Below are positions 1-12,550 of a DNA stretch of 64,000 bases, piece by piece. The notes under the pieces are model-generated. The model was not told where the DNA came from, did no database searches, and was given only the letters and a program-made list of their open reading frames with translations. Made by a program: the position numbers and the translations under genes. Each line of letters begins with the position of its first letter. Within the stretch, counting starts at the first letter, position 1. The DNA is from Raja brachyura (lineage: Eukaryota): assembly GCA_963514005.1 (NCBI GenBank), contig OY740798.1, forward strand, positions 25,296,001 to 25,360,000, in the 5' to 3' direction.

Positions 1-790
1 ACACAAATAAAAATTAGGTGCTCACACTCAGGGTTAAAATGGATGGTGAGATTGTGAACAATGTAATTTAGCTTAAAACAACACTTAGTAAAGATTTGGG
101 GACAGCAGAGAGTGCATGATTTCTTCTGACCAACATTAAAATCAACAGCTTTATTTTCATGATTGTAAAGCTTGCAAAAGGGGCTCTTTCTGATACTGGA
201 TAATTAACAATGAATCTGAAAACATAAGGAATACATGGGTTACAAGAAGGGCTGTCTAAAGAGGATTGTGTGATGACAAGCGAATAAGAGGATGATATGA
301 AGGAATTAATGTTAAAATCAACTTTAGCTGGAGCAATTAAAAAAATTTGGAATTAACATAAAAAAGCGAAATATAACAACTGCACACCTTTGGCTGACTA
401 GACATGAACATTGCAAACTCATGGGCAGAAAACACGTATTATTCTATGTATTTAATGGCTCAAAGAATGATATTTCCCTTCAAGTTAACATGGAAACCAC
501 ATAGATTGGATTTGTGATATCGTGTGATCATAGTTTTAAATATTCTTCTCTTTCGAGGGGCTCTTGTGATAATGTGTGCAGCAAGCTGTGACATACACCA
601 AACCCCTTGAGTCAGCTGGTCTTTTATTCTGAATTCTAAGGCCGGGATTGGGACCATATTAGCTTTTCCCGAGGGGTTTGACCGGCAGAAGTCGTATTTG
701 CATTACCCGGCCTTGGTTAAGGTTAGACGCATTTTCAATTAGAAACTTTCCTGACCATGAACTGATTATTTATTAAATTGTGTTTTTCAG

Positions 791-832
791 GCACTGATGG
801 TGGATTTAGGAGCCGATCGCTTCCTTCGACAG
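791..832 (+). CDS. DENND2B: DENND2B (ST5) internal coding exon, DENN domain region
   Basis: ttttcag|GCACTG...CGACAG|gtaag; encodes ALMVDLGADRFLRQ, matching ST5 ALMVNLGSDRFIRQ; phase 0 into the next exon. Confidence 0.9.
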
Positions 833-1254
833 GTAAGAACTTTTAACATAAATATCCCTCCGTGCAACAAGCTGAAGAATATCTGTAAAATCTGGGTTCA
901 ACATTATCATCAAGGACCGTGTATGACTGCTGACTGGATAGCACGCAACTGCTGACTGGTTAGCACCCAACAGAAGCTTTTCACTGTGACACGTGACAAT
1001 AAACTAAACTGAACTGATTTGTACAGATGTCCACAAAATATGCACATTATATGTGGCAGTGCGATTGACTTATGAATGGAGTACAAGTAAACAATTGTTC
1101 ATGGGGCAGTGAGAGGGAGAGTCTGGAAAGGGAATATACAAGCTATAAAATGAGAGAGTAATGGCACAAACATGAGAAGAGCTATAGGACACACCATTAG
1201 ATCAGACGATTCAGAGAGAGAATAGCTGAACCAATATCACATCACGTCAGTTCT

Positions 1255-2062
1255 AGGCAGAGTGCGACTGTCCATATGGTGCCAGCACAACAACCTGGCC
1301 CTCAACACCAGCAAAACCAAGGAACTGATTGTGGACTTTGGAAAGAGTAGGATGGGGACCCACGGTCCTGTTTATATCAACGGGTCGATGGTTGAAAGGG
1401 TCAAGAGCTTCAAATTCCTGGGCGTGCACATCTGTGAAGATCTTTCCTGGTCCGAGAACACAGATGCAATTATTAAGAATGTTCATCAGCGCCTCTACTT
1501 CCTGAGAAGATTACGGAGAGTTGGTCTGTCAAGGAGGACTCTCTCTAACTTCTACAGGTGTACAGTAGAGAGCTTGCTGACTGGTTGCATCGTGGCTTGG
1601 TTCGGCAACTTGAGCGCCCTGGAGAGGAAAAGACTCCAAAAAGTAGTAAACACTGCCCAGTCCATCATCGGCTCTGACCTTCCTTCCATCGAGGGGATCT
1701 ATCACAGTCGCTGCCTCAAAAAGGCTGGCAGCATCATCAAGGACCCACACCACCTTAGCCACACACTCATCTCCCTTCTACCTTTGGGTAGAAGGTACAG
1801 GAGCCTGAAGACTGCAACAACCCGGTTTAGGAATAGCTACTTCCCCACAGCCATCAGGCTATTAAACCTGGCTCGGAACTCTGAACATTAATATCCCTCC
1901 ATCTGTTATTTGCACTTTATTAATTTATTAAGTCATGGTTGTATTTATGTATAGAATTGTAGTCAATGCCTTCGATGTTCTGTTGTGCTATGCAAAGAAA
2001 GATTTTCATTGTCCTGTCAGGGACACATGACAATAAACTCTTTTGACTTTTTGACTTTTGAT
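1255..2062 (+). mobile_element. Rex1/Babar-type non-LTR retrotransposon, 5'-truncated (RT C-terminus and 3' UTR)
   Basis: ORF 1262-1891 WCQHNNLALNTSKTKELIVDF...FKFLGVHI...ESLLTGCIVAWFGN; 3' end ACATGACAATAAAC followed by a (TTTGAC)n tail. Confidence 0.85.
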
Positions 2063-2449
2063 TTAACGGAGGTTCCACAAGTTGATAAAGTTTAGAAGGC
2101 TTCAACATTCCCAGGTGGAAGGACTGCCGTTCCTCATACTTACGTTGTGCATCATTATAAGAGTTCAGGAAACCTTAGATAAGTCAGAATGAGAGTGGGA
2201 AGAAAAGGGGCAGGTGTAAGATGCTCACACTCATCCCTGTGGACTGAATACAAATTGATCTGCAAAACAGTTACCCAATCTGTACTTGGTATCTCCAATA
2301 TTGAGATACCACTTACCTTGCAGATTGCTATTAAATTGGGCCATAGGATCCTTTAAATTCTCCCAATATAAATTAATTAGGTTTGCTATAATTTAGTGAC
2401 AGGAGATAGCGAGATATGAATGTCTATAATTGCTTTTGTTATTACTTAG

Positions 2450-2561
2450 ATGGATGATGAAGACTCACTCCTACCACGGAAACTTCAGGCTGCCCTGGAG
2501 CAGGCTCTGGAGCAAAAGAATGAACTAGTCAATCAAGATTCAGACAGTGAATCAGACGATG
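2450..2561 (+). CDS. DENND2B: DENND2B coding exon
   Basis: ttag|ATG...GATG|gtgag; MDDEDSLLPRKLQAALEQALEQKNELVNQDSDSESDD, near-identical to the ST5 C-terminal region. Confidence 0.95.
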
Positions 2562-3109
2562 GTGAGAAAATAATGTTTGCATGTTTCTTATTGCAATTAA
2601 AAATATCACTAAATTCATTTTTTGTTGTGCAGAAGCATAAAGATAATAATATCTAATTAAGCATTGTATTCAAGTGCAAAATAATCTTAAAGCAAAAAAT
2701 GTATTATTTGTATAGAATAAGCAAATGTCTCCCATCATTATTATTAATAAAACATAAGTAATAATGTTGATTATGACATAAATGACAATTAATATATAAT
2801 TGCTCGCATTCTCTTGCACCGTTGGTTCGTTGACACTCTACAATGAAATAGAAAACAAGTGCTGATAAATAGAAGATGTTTTCAGGATATATAGTTCTTT
2901 TAAAATCTAAACAAGAACCTCTGACATTATACAAACCTGCAAGGCAGCACTTGGAATGGCACCAAGAGGGGAGAATGTCCTGGATGTGTTTTAGCAGCCA
3001 GACATGGACAGCACTGGATTTTGAAGGGTGGAAGAGGGAGCAGGACTCAACAACAGCTGATGGATGAGCTGGAACTCCAAAGCACCAACGTGTGGCAGTG
3101 ACACATTAT

Positions 3110-3475
3110 AAGACACAAAATGCTGGAGCAACTCAGCGGGACAGGCAGCATCTCTGGAGAGAAGGAATGGGTGATGTTTTGGGTCGAGATCCTTCTTCAG
3201 ATTGAGAGCCAGGGGAGAGGCAGTCTAGAGATATAGAAGGGTAAGGTGTGAAACGACAGATCAAGGCAGATGATGATAAGGAAATGTGGAATGGTTTATG
3301 GTTAGCTATGGGGAAGGCGACAATGCGGCATACAATCGATAATATCTTATCAGGAGAACAGTGGAACTAGTCGGAGAACTAGGGTGGGTGAGGGAAGGTG
3401 AGAGAGGGAAACCAATGGTTACGATGTTAGAGAAATCAATATTCATACCGCTGGGTTGTAAGCTGCCCAAGCTGG
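3110..3475 (-). mobile_element. Penelope-like element 3'/pLTR remnant
   Basis: Shares the GCTGGAG(T/C)AACTCAGCGGG...CCTTCTTCAG block and the GIY-YIG 3' end with other PLE remnants in the window. Confidence 0.7.
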
Positions 3476-3703
3476 TCTTGATTAGTCTCTCCTAATTTAT
3501 CACTTACACGTGTCTTCTGAAGGTATTGTGAGCCACAGATGACATGAACGTAAAGATATGCCTCACAACCTTCAAAAACTGCTTTGCAGCTGTCACCTGT
3601 GCTGCAACATCCAGCCACGGGGCAGGGCAGAGAAAGGGAATACAACTAGAGAAATTAGGTGACAAAACCAAAATAACCCTTTACCTTGTCCATCCTCCCT
3701 CAG

Positions 3704-3943
3704 AGTGCAACTCATTGAACAGTCTGGTGTCGGAAGCCTTCATTCGTTACTTTGTGGAAACTATAGGCCATTATTCATTGTTTTTGACCCAAAATGAGCG
3801 GAATGAGAGGATATTCCAGAGAGAAGCTTTCCGCAAGTCAGTGGCTTCCAAGAGCATCCGCCGTTTTCTTGAGGTCTTCATGGAGTCACAAATGTTTGCA
3901 GGATTCATACAAGACCGAGAACTGCGAAAGTGCAGAGCTAAAG
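3704..3943 (+). CDS. DENND2B: DENND2B coding exon (dDENN)
   Basis: cag|AGTGC...AAAG|gtag; ECNSLNSLVSEAFIRYFVETIGHYSLFL...FMESQMFAGFIQDRELRKCRAK. Confidence 0.96.
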
Positions 3944-4233
3944 GTAGAACTGAACTTTTGTGTTTTTGTGTTCTTATGACTGTTGGCAGATCAATTTCCC
4001 TTCTGGGATAAATAAAGTTCTATCATATCGTAAGCTCCAAGGGCACAATATCACCTCCGCGTACTTCTCTATTAAACATCGCAGAGTTGCCACCAACCCC
4101 AATGGTTTAATGCAAAATATGACAATATTGAAAATGTATCAGCTCAAATTGCAGCTCTGCTGAATGACCACTCTTTCACTGCAGTAATCAGAGCTCAAGG
4201 TGCTTGTAGTGAATAGAACCCAGGATTGGAAAC

Positions 4234-5242
4234 TGTGGTGGTCCCTGGGGGTTAGGCCACTCCTTGGGTCACCCCCCTCAGCTCTTGAGGGACAGGGACG
4301 ATTGTCTGGCCACAGGGCTTCCCGGGGCTGCTAGCGGGCGTTCTGTGTGTTTGCCATGATTCATTACACGACTTCTGAACCTGCCTGGCGTCCGGCCTTT
4401 TCCTGACCTCATCCAGGCCACTACAACTGGTGACCCCGACGTTCATCACGCATCGTGATGGAAAACAACGCTGTTGCGCTGAAGCTCCCGACTTTGTGGA
4501 CCGAATAGCCTGATATCTGGTTCCAGCAGGCAGAGGCAGTTTGCTCTGAGCGGCACGGGGCCAGGTGGAGCAACTTCGGATGCTCTGCAACATCTTAGGC
4601 AGACGGTGGGCAAGCTAGCACCTGTGCCCACGTCTCGTCATGGGTCCTTCCGTCCGCACATTCCCTCTTCTCTGGAGGACTGGCAATTCGTCTTCCTGCA
4701 CAGGGATGCTCATTGGACGCCCCTCCAGCGGCCGTACGAGGGTCCCTTCCGGGTCCTGGAACATGGCTCATCCACTTTCCTCCGGGACATGGGGGGTCGG
4801 CGTGAGACTGGTTCAGTTGTCCGGCTGAAGTCGGCGCATATTTACATTGATCGGCCGGTTTGCTGGTAGCGCGGCTCCACAAGCGAGGACGCCCTCCATC
4901 TAGGGTACCTCCTCCAGTGGCTACTCCATCCCCTGCATCTGTTGGTCGGTTGCCCGTTCCGGCGCCGGGCATGACGCGCACTCAGGCTGGTCACCGCGTG
5001 CGCCCTCCTGTCCGTTTCGTGCCTCTGGTTCTTGGGGGGGGGGGGGTCCTGCGGCGGACCCTGGGGGTTAGGCCACTCATTGGGTCATCCCCCTCGGCTC
5101 TTGAGGGACAGGGCCGATTGTCTGGACACGGGGTTTCCCGGGGGCTGCTCGCGGGCGTTCTGTATGTTTGCCATGATTCATTAAATGACTTCTGAACCTG
5201 CTTGGCGTCTGGCCCTTTCCTGACCTCATCCAGGCCATGACA
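4234..5242 (+). mobile_element. Internally deleted Gypsy LTR retrotransposon (TRIM-like, ~1 kb)
   Basis: LTRs 4234-4425 and 5050-5242 (TG...CA); 4-bp TSD AAAC; PBS TGGTGACCCCGACGT at 4428 (tRNA-Trp); poly-G PPT 5034-5046; gag N-terminus (AVALKLPTLW..WFQQAEA) and integrase GPY/F remnant (PLQRPYEGPFRVL). Confidence 0.93.
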
Positions 5243-6040
5243 AAACCACAATGTATTGTATAAACTGGCAATATTTACGTCATCTGAAGTACACCAACAT
5301 TTCTAATATCAATTGTCATAGCATTTCAAGTATTTAAAAAATCTCTCAACCATTTGAGTATTCTTTAAAAAAAAAGGTATCCTGCACTTATCTTTCTTGA
5401 CACACTTGCACTCCGTAGCAGAGACTTGGGACAACTTCATTCTCTATCATTTCAAGTAGCAGGTACTTTCAATATTTGACCCAGTGAATAAAATATAAAT
5501 ATTGGAAGAGTATTTCCTCAGCACACTTGCAGCAGTATCATATTTTATTAAAAATAAAGAAATTCATAGTTTAGTTATATATATAAGCAGAGTGAAAATG
5601 GCCTTGGAGTTATAAAATTGGTGAACAACCATGAACTGTTTACACATACATGGGATTCTGGAACATCTGGGTTTTTTTCTGTAGCTTTGCACTTTTGCTA
5701 AGTTTACCAATTGAAGATATAAACAATTTACCGACATAACTCGCAGTGGATATGCATAATCCATGGCAATAAATATTAATTTGTAAGATCTTTTGAGACT
5801 CTAAATGTCTCAATGTTAATTATTTTAGCAATAATTACAGCCTCCCAGGGATTGCAGACTTAAACATGGTAAACTTACTGGCAATTTAGTTTGACCAAAC
5901 TCACAGTAGGAAATGTACTTTATGTCACTAATTAAAATTTCTAATAGTGTTGATTTCTATTTTAGCAGTTGAAAGAGTGTAGACATTTAAAGCCACATTT
6001 AAGGCCTCATTTAGTTGTTGTTTTATTCTCTTCTTTATAG

Positions 6041-6127
6041 GTCTATTTGAGCAGAGAGTTGAGCAATATTTGGAGGAGCTGCCTGACACAGAACAGAGTG
6101 GAGTGAACAAATTTCTGAAAGGCCTTG
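6041..6127 (+). CDS. DENND2B: DENND2B coding exon
   Basis: tatag|GTCTA...CTTG|gtgag; GLFEQRVEQYLEELPDTEQSGVNKFLKGL. Confidence 0.95.
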
Positions 6128-7311
6128 GTGAGTACCTCTGCATAGGATTTCTCAACTGCTGAGAGAATAGCAAATCTGATGGCTTGAACGACGCCAGGAC
6201 ATGGCTACAAAATGGTTTAGGAGATCAATAAATGCAATAGAACCTGAGCAGCACAAATAATAATTGATAATCTGAAATGTACTACCTGAAAAGATGATGG
6301 AAACATATTTTATTAAAAAGAACCCAATTGTGCCGAGTTTGATACATCCCAGACTTGCCAACACCCAACCCCAGAACTCTGTACTGGCACAATTATATAT
6401 AGGTTGCCCAGTCACTTTGATCTCATAATCAAGGCATCATTGTATACTGCTAAGGCACTGCTCTCAGAACACCCCAGCTGAGACACAGCCTTGCCTTCTG
6501 TCAAAGTCTAATAGGTTTTTTGAAATAGCTTTACAAAAAAACTATTACGCATGTTTTAAATTATTAAATAATTTATTAAGACATCAATATGGAATTAAAG
6601 ACATTAAAAAAAAGTTTTAAAAAAGCATTGACCTTTCTCCACTTTGGGGATCCCCATTCCAAATGATTGGGGATTCGGAACCTACAGCAGATTTGGTTGT
6701 AGTAGGAAAGCAGAGCAGGATTTCCCATTCTAATACACAATCGGGAACACAGCAATAGTGGAGTGAAATGTGCTACTGTCTATCGTTCAGCTTGTCCCTA
6801 CTACTTACAACCAGGTGACCCCTGGTGGTTGCTTCAGGAATCATTAACCAGTCAGCTCAAATCTACCCAGTAATCATTTCTGGCGAGGATCTGGATAAAT
6901 ATTTGAAGAAAAAATATGTGCAAGGTTATGGCGATAAGATAATGCAACTGGTTGGCTGGCAGTTTTCAAGAGCCGGTACAGGCATGAAGTGAAGAATGGC
7001 CTCCTGTGTTGCGTGATTCTATGAGGATATTCAGAATTTGAGCACCAGCTAGAAATTAGACAGAGTGGGAAGGGATATCAGAAAAGCATCCGAACCTCCT
7101 GTGCTCCCATGAAATGTCTACAAAGAAAACTGGGAACGGAAGAGACCAGTCACCTGCTCTTGACATCAGTTGAGAGAAGAACAAACAATGACATCAACTT
7201 GTAAAATTTGCTGTTCTCGGTAAAAGTCTGCAAATCATTTTTTTAAAGTTTCAAAATAAATTGTTTTGTTTCCTGATTTACAATACTAATGAAACTTAAT
7301 GTGTCTTGCAG

Positions 7312-7346
7312 GAAATAAAATGAAATTCCTTCACAAGAAGAGTTAG
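7312..7346 (+). CDS. DENND2B: DENND2B last coding exon
   Basis: ttgcag|GA AAT AAA ATG...AGT TAG; GNKMKFLHKKS* matches the ST5 C-terminus GNKMKFLHKKN. Confidence 0.93.
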
Positions 7347-8384
7347 TTGCATTTGTACTGCGCTCATGTTACAAGGACCACTGACCATTGCACAACAGAC
7401 TCATTCTCCGACTCGTTTATGTTTTTGGGAAAAATCTATTCTGTCTTTACCATCTTTGCGAAATTTCAAAGACTGAACTGTGACAAGATCAGAGGACGAT
7501 CCGAAGTGGAACAAGTACATTTAGCCATGCTCATCTTTCATACGGATTGGATTATATATTGTAAATATATTTACTGTATTTTTATTGGTATTTTATTGTC
7601 TGGATTCAGCAGTCATTATACTGAATATCTGTAACTAGTTGACTGCGACAGATTGTTGTGATGCCAGAGTGACTTATGACTTGAAGGATGAATGGTCTAA
7701 CTGAGCATGTGCAAAAGATGCAGCGCGTGCTGGGGATGGGGTGGGAAACATTCTTCATATGATTTACAATTTGATTATTTTTCTGGTGTGATTATGAAGA
7801 GAATGTACGATTCTATCAACTTGGAAATATTTTGTCGCTGAACGCCATGAAAAACAATGAACTATCGTCTTTTCCCTTGCTGTAGTTGTGGAGTTGAGAT
7901 TGTATCCATTTTGGCTCTCTTTTCTGCATTTTGGAAACAAAATGTGATAAAATTACACTGAAAATACTTGGTACATGTTTTAATCTTGCTTGAAAATTCA
8001 TAAGCTGCCATAGAAAGAGGCGGGTGAATGAATCACCAACTGTTTTCCATTATGTTAAGCACTGCTAAAGCTGAGTGTAATGAGAAAGGTGCAGAGGCCT
8101 TTACTGTTCTGCCATTCTCACTGAGCATGACTGGGTAAGCCTTGCCGTATTTCTACGTATCGGTTTTCAAAAAAAAGAAAAAATTATTACTTTTCTTAGC
8201 AATTGTTTGTCAGTTAGAAATATGACCTAAATTGCGGAATCTTTTTGAAGGCATTGTATATGTGGTGTTGGGATCAAGCATTCCCAAATGAGGTTATAGT
8301 CTTCCTTTATGAGCTGTGGACATTAATGAGAATACCAGCATTTCGTGCTCAAATCTAATCTTTGACCAAATGGGTTGCTTTGGA

Positions 8385-8830
8385 GAGTCATAGAGTCATT
8401 CAACACAGAAACAAGTCTTTTGGTCCAACTCCTTCATGACAACTTAGATGATCCATCTAAGCTACTTCCATTTCCCTGTGTTTGGTCCATATCCATCTAA
8501 ACATTTCCTATCCCTGTACCTGTCCAAGTGTCTTTTAAACGTTGTTACTGTACCTGCCACCACTACCCCCTGTGGCAGCTCATTCCAGATAACCACCACC
8601 CGAGTGAAAAAGTTACTCCTCGGGTTCCTATGCCTATACCTTACCCTTCTCACCTTAAACCTTTGTATTGTGTTTGTTGATTCCACTACCTTGGGTACAA
8701 AATTCACTGTATCAATTCCCCTGATGCACCTCTATAAGATCACCCCTTTGCCTCCTACACTCGAAGGAATAAAGTCTTAGCTTGCCCAATCTCTCCCTAC
8801 AGCTCTGGCCCTCAAGTCCTGGCAATATCG
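8385..8830 (-). mobile_element. CR1-type LINE 3' fragment
   Basis: Minus-strand remnant NFFTRVVVIWNELPQGVVVAGTVTTFKRHLDRY, typical of the CR1 ORF2 C-terminus. Confidence 0.8.
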
Positions 8831-11079
8831 TTTGGATGCAAGCTGTCAAACGCCTTAGGATGCAGCTCCTCTACCGTAATATAGACTCTCCACAAGATCT
8901 TAATTAACTATCCCCACATTTTATGCTTTCTTCACAGTAAACACAAAGGAGAAATACTCATCCCGTGTGGTACCTTACATAGATGACTGCATTAGTTTCT
9001 GAGGGGCTTTATTCTCTCTCTAATTACCCTTTTTCCCATAATGTACTAGTGAAATACAGAGTCATAGAGTCGTACAGCATGGAAACAGTTCCGTTTTAGC
9101 TCAGAGCTTAGAGATGCAGCATGGAAGTAGGCCCTTCAGTCCACGCTGACCATCGCACACCTGTTCACACTAGTTATATGTTATCCCCTGTTCACAGCCA
9201 CAACTTATCTATTAGGAGCAATTAGGACCTCTTCCTGCTAGTCATTTCGTAGTCAATACCTCCCAATGTATGCAAGGCTATGAAATACTAGCCACTAAGC
9301 CCATGAAGCAAACTTCATCTACAAGTGATCTGACACCTTGCATAAACTCATTGGATTGGCACCGTGATAAATATTCACTTCCCTCCACCGTTGGCTCATT
9401 ATGTGTGCCATAGGTACCATCTACAAAATTGACTAATACAGTCATACAGCATGGAAAATTGTCATACAGCATGGAAACAGGCCTTTAGCCTGCAACAGTC
9501 CCTGCCTCAACTACCACCTCTGGCAGTTCATTCCATACTCCCACCACTCTGTGTGAAAAGGTTACCGCTCAGATTCGTATTAAAATCTTTCCCCCTTCAC
9601 CTTAAACCTATGTCCTATGGTTGTCGATTCCCCTACTATGGGCAAGTGACTCTACCCAATGTCCTCTCATGATTTTATACATCTCAATAAGATGCACTGC
9701 AGCGACTCAATTCTTATCTGAAGCATGTAGGCACCACCCATTAGCAGGACAAAGGCAAAGAGTACAAGGGAACACCATCTCAACTTGCACACAATCCTGA
9801 CTTGGAAATATTTCACAGTTCCCCAATTTCACTCGTTCTAAATTCTGGAACCCACTATCCCAATAACATTATGGAATTAACTTCACAACAGGCCTCAAAG
9901 ATTCGGGCATGTAGCTCACCCAAAACTTATCAAAAGAATTTAGGGATTGACATAAATGTTGGTCTGGTCTATGATGTCTGCATCCTATAAAATGAATGTA
10001 TTGACAGGTGGAGAAACTCAGTGGTCAGGCAGCATCTGTGATGTGAAATGGACTGGCGATGTTTTGGAGAAAGGGGTGGGGGGCAAGGAAGAGCAAGTTT
10101 ATCAGAGATACAGGTGAGGAGGGGTTGATTGGCAGATGTCAGGTAGGGGAGAGAATTGAAGCCAAGATTGGAGATGATAAATGGAGACGACAAAATGGCG
10201 CAGAATGTGTGGAAAGAATATTGGAGAATTAACTATAGAACCAGATGAAGGGATAATGGGTCGAAAGGAATGATGAGGGTTAAGTAAAATGTGAGACTCG
10301 CAGTAGAGTGGAGTGAGTGATGAGTGGTGGAGGAGGGGCAGGTAACTGGTTAACAGGGGCAGGGAGCGGGGAAGGAAAGTAGGTGTTGGGACTGGATAGA
10401 TGAGAAGGGGGTGGGTTAAGTGAAATTGGAGAATTCAATGTTCAGCCCCACTGGGTTATAGCTTACCCAAGCAAAATATGAGGTGCTGTTCCAGTTTGTG
10501 TATCCTATCTCTAACATTTTTTACGAAAGATGCCAGTATGTGCACTCTCTTGTGAGCCTAATGTATTGATAGCTCTACAACCTCAGAGTCAGAATGTTGT
10601 AGGGTGTATCCCACTCTAGAAACTGAAGCAGAAAAATCTAAGCCCTTGTTTAATGCACTATTGAGAGTCTCTTTGAGATGACACAATAAACTTAGGCCTT
10701 TATTTGCTCTCTAAGGAAGAACCACAAGTTCCCATAATACTATCTCCACGAGGAGGGACATTAGCTCCAATGTTCTGACAAATGCTCAATCCAACCAACA
10801 ATATAGGATACAAGATCATGCCACATTGCCAGGGGAACATCATCTGCCAGCCTACAATAATGATTGCACTTCAGAAGTACTTTATTAGTTGAAATGAACT
10901 AACCAAGTCTGTAAAGGTCATATATAAAATGTAAGTGCTTCATTTATAAACTTTTATACAATTTTCTCTTCCTTGTTTCATTTTAGTTTCTGTGTTTTCT
11001 ATTAAATATATGTTTGTTCAAAACAGGAGAAAGGCAGAAGTCAGGGAACTTCACAGGTCAAGTAACTTAGCAGTAATTG

Positions 11080-11452
11080 CAGGTCCACCATCAATATTCT
11101 GGCACACTTGGTTCCAGAGCTTTGTTGGATTATCCATTTTGCCAGACCAACAGACGTCACAGCCTCGGGGGCCCGAAATACAAATTCAGTCATGGAAGTC
11201 GGAAATTGGAACAGATCTGCCAACTCTGGCCAGTCTGGAGTTTCAGAGCCCCAGTCACAGGGGGTAAATTCGACCCTGCCGATCTCCACGGAAGTCCCGA
11301 TGAGCATCAAGACCGGCAGCAAGACTGGCCTAGGCAACACATTTTGGGGGGGGGGGGGGACTTCAGGGGGAGATTTCAAGCGTACTCTTGTCATTTTGTT
11401 CCTTTTTAAAGGTGTCGGACTTCCAGTTGCCGGAAGATCGGTGGTGGACCTG
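11080..11452. mobile_element. Tc1/mariner (pogo/Tigger-like) MITE, ~370 bp
   Basis: Imperfect TIRs CAGGTCCACCATCAATATTCTGGCA / TGCCGGAAGATCGGTGGTGGACCTG; TA on the right flank; no coding capacity. Confidence 0.7.
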
Positions 11453-11489
11453 TATTACTGAGATGTAAGTCAGTAATCAAAGAGGAAAT

Positions 11490-12550
11490 CGTTAATCATT
11501 TAGGAAAGCTAATCATAATTAAACATAATTTACATTATTTTTTAAAAGGCAAATCATGTTTGATGAATTTACTTCACTTTTTTGAAGATATAAATGTGAG
11601 AATTGATAAAGGAAGCAGAGATGTCATGCATTTATATTTCCAAAGGGCATGTGACATGGGTCTGAAAGGTAAATTAGAAGCCCATGGCATTGAAGGAAGA
11701 GTATTGGACTGGATTGATACTGCCTGACTCATAGAAAAGAGTTTGAATAAGTGGGTCATTTTCATAATGGAAGGACTTAATTAGTGGAATACCACAGGAA
11801 TAATTATTGGCCAAAGTAGTTCACTATTTAATGCCCTAGAGGAAGGAACACTAATGAAGGTTTCCACATTTGCCAATTATGTGAAAATGGGTGGAAGGCC
11901 AACGTTGTGAAAAGTATACTGTGATTCTGTAATAGGATATAGATAGATTGAGTGAGTACGAAAACACAGGCAAATGGCATATAATGTTGGGAAGTATTAC
12001 ATCATGCATGCCAATAATCAAAGGTCGAATGACATAATGAAGAGAGACTGGAAGTCATAGAGTATCACAGCATGGAAACAGGCCCTTTGGATCATCTTGT
12101 CGACCAAGATGTCCCATCTAGGCTGGTCCCACCTGCTTGTGTTTGACCCATATCCCTCTAAACTTTTCCCATCCATGTACCTGTCCAAATGTATTTTAAA
12201 TGTTGTTATTGTACCTGCCACAGTGACCTCCTGTAGCAGATTAGTTTAATTTGGCATCCATATTTGGCAGTCCTTCATGACCGAAATTGACCCTTTGCTC
12301 CAACTATCCTATATATCTGTGACACCACTTTCAGGGAATCACGTACCTGCACTCCTAGATCCCTCTGCTCTACAACACTCCCGAGGGCCCTGACATTCAC
12401 TGGGAAGGTCCTGCACTGGCTTGATATCCCAAAATGCAACATCTCACACTTCTCTGCATTAAACTTCATTAACCATTCTCGGCCCACTTGCCCAACTGAC
12501 AGAATTTTTGATAACAATCTTCACTATCGACAATACCACCAACTTTAGTG
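11490..12550. mobile_element. Degraded CR1 LINE fragments (both orientations)
   Basis: RT-like remnants, e.g. WLMKFNAEKCEMLHFG...EQRDLGVQV on the minus strand; interrupted at 12551 by a DNA transposon and resuming at 15002. Confidence 0.75.

Noticed and set aside
7347-11010. DENND2B 3' UTR end and poly(A) site
   Set aside because: Several AATAAA/ATTAAA candidates, some inside repeats; cannot be assigned from sequence alone.
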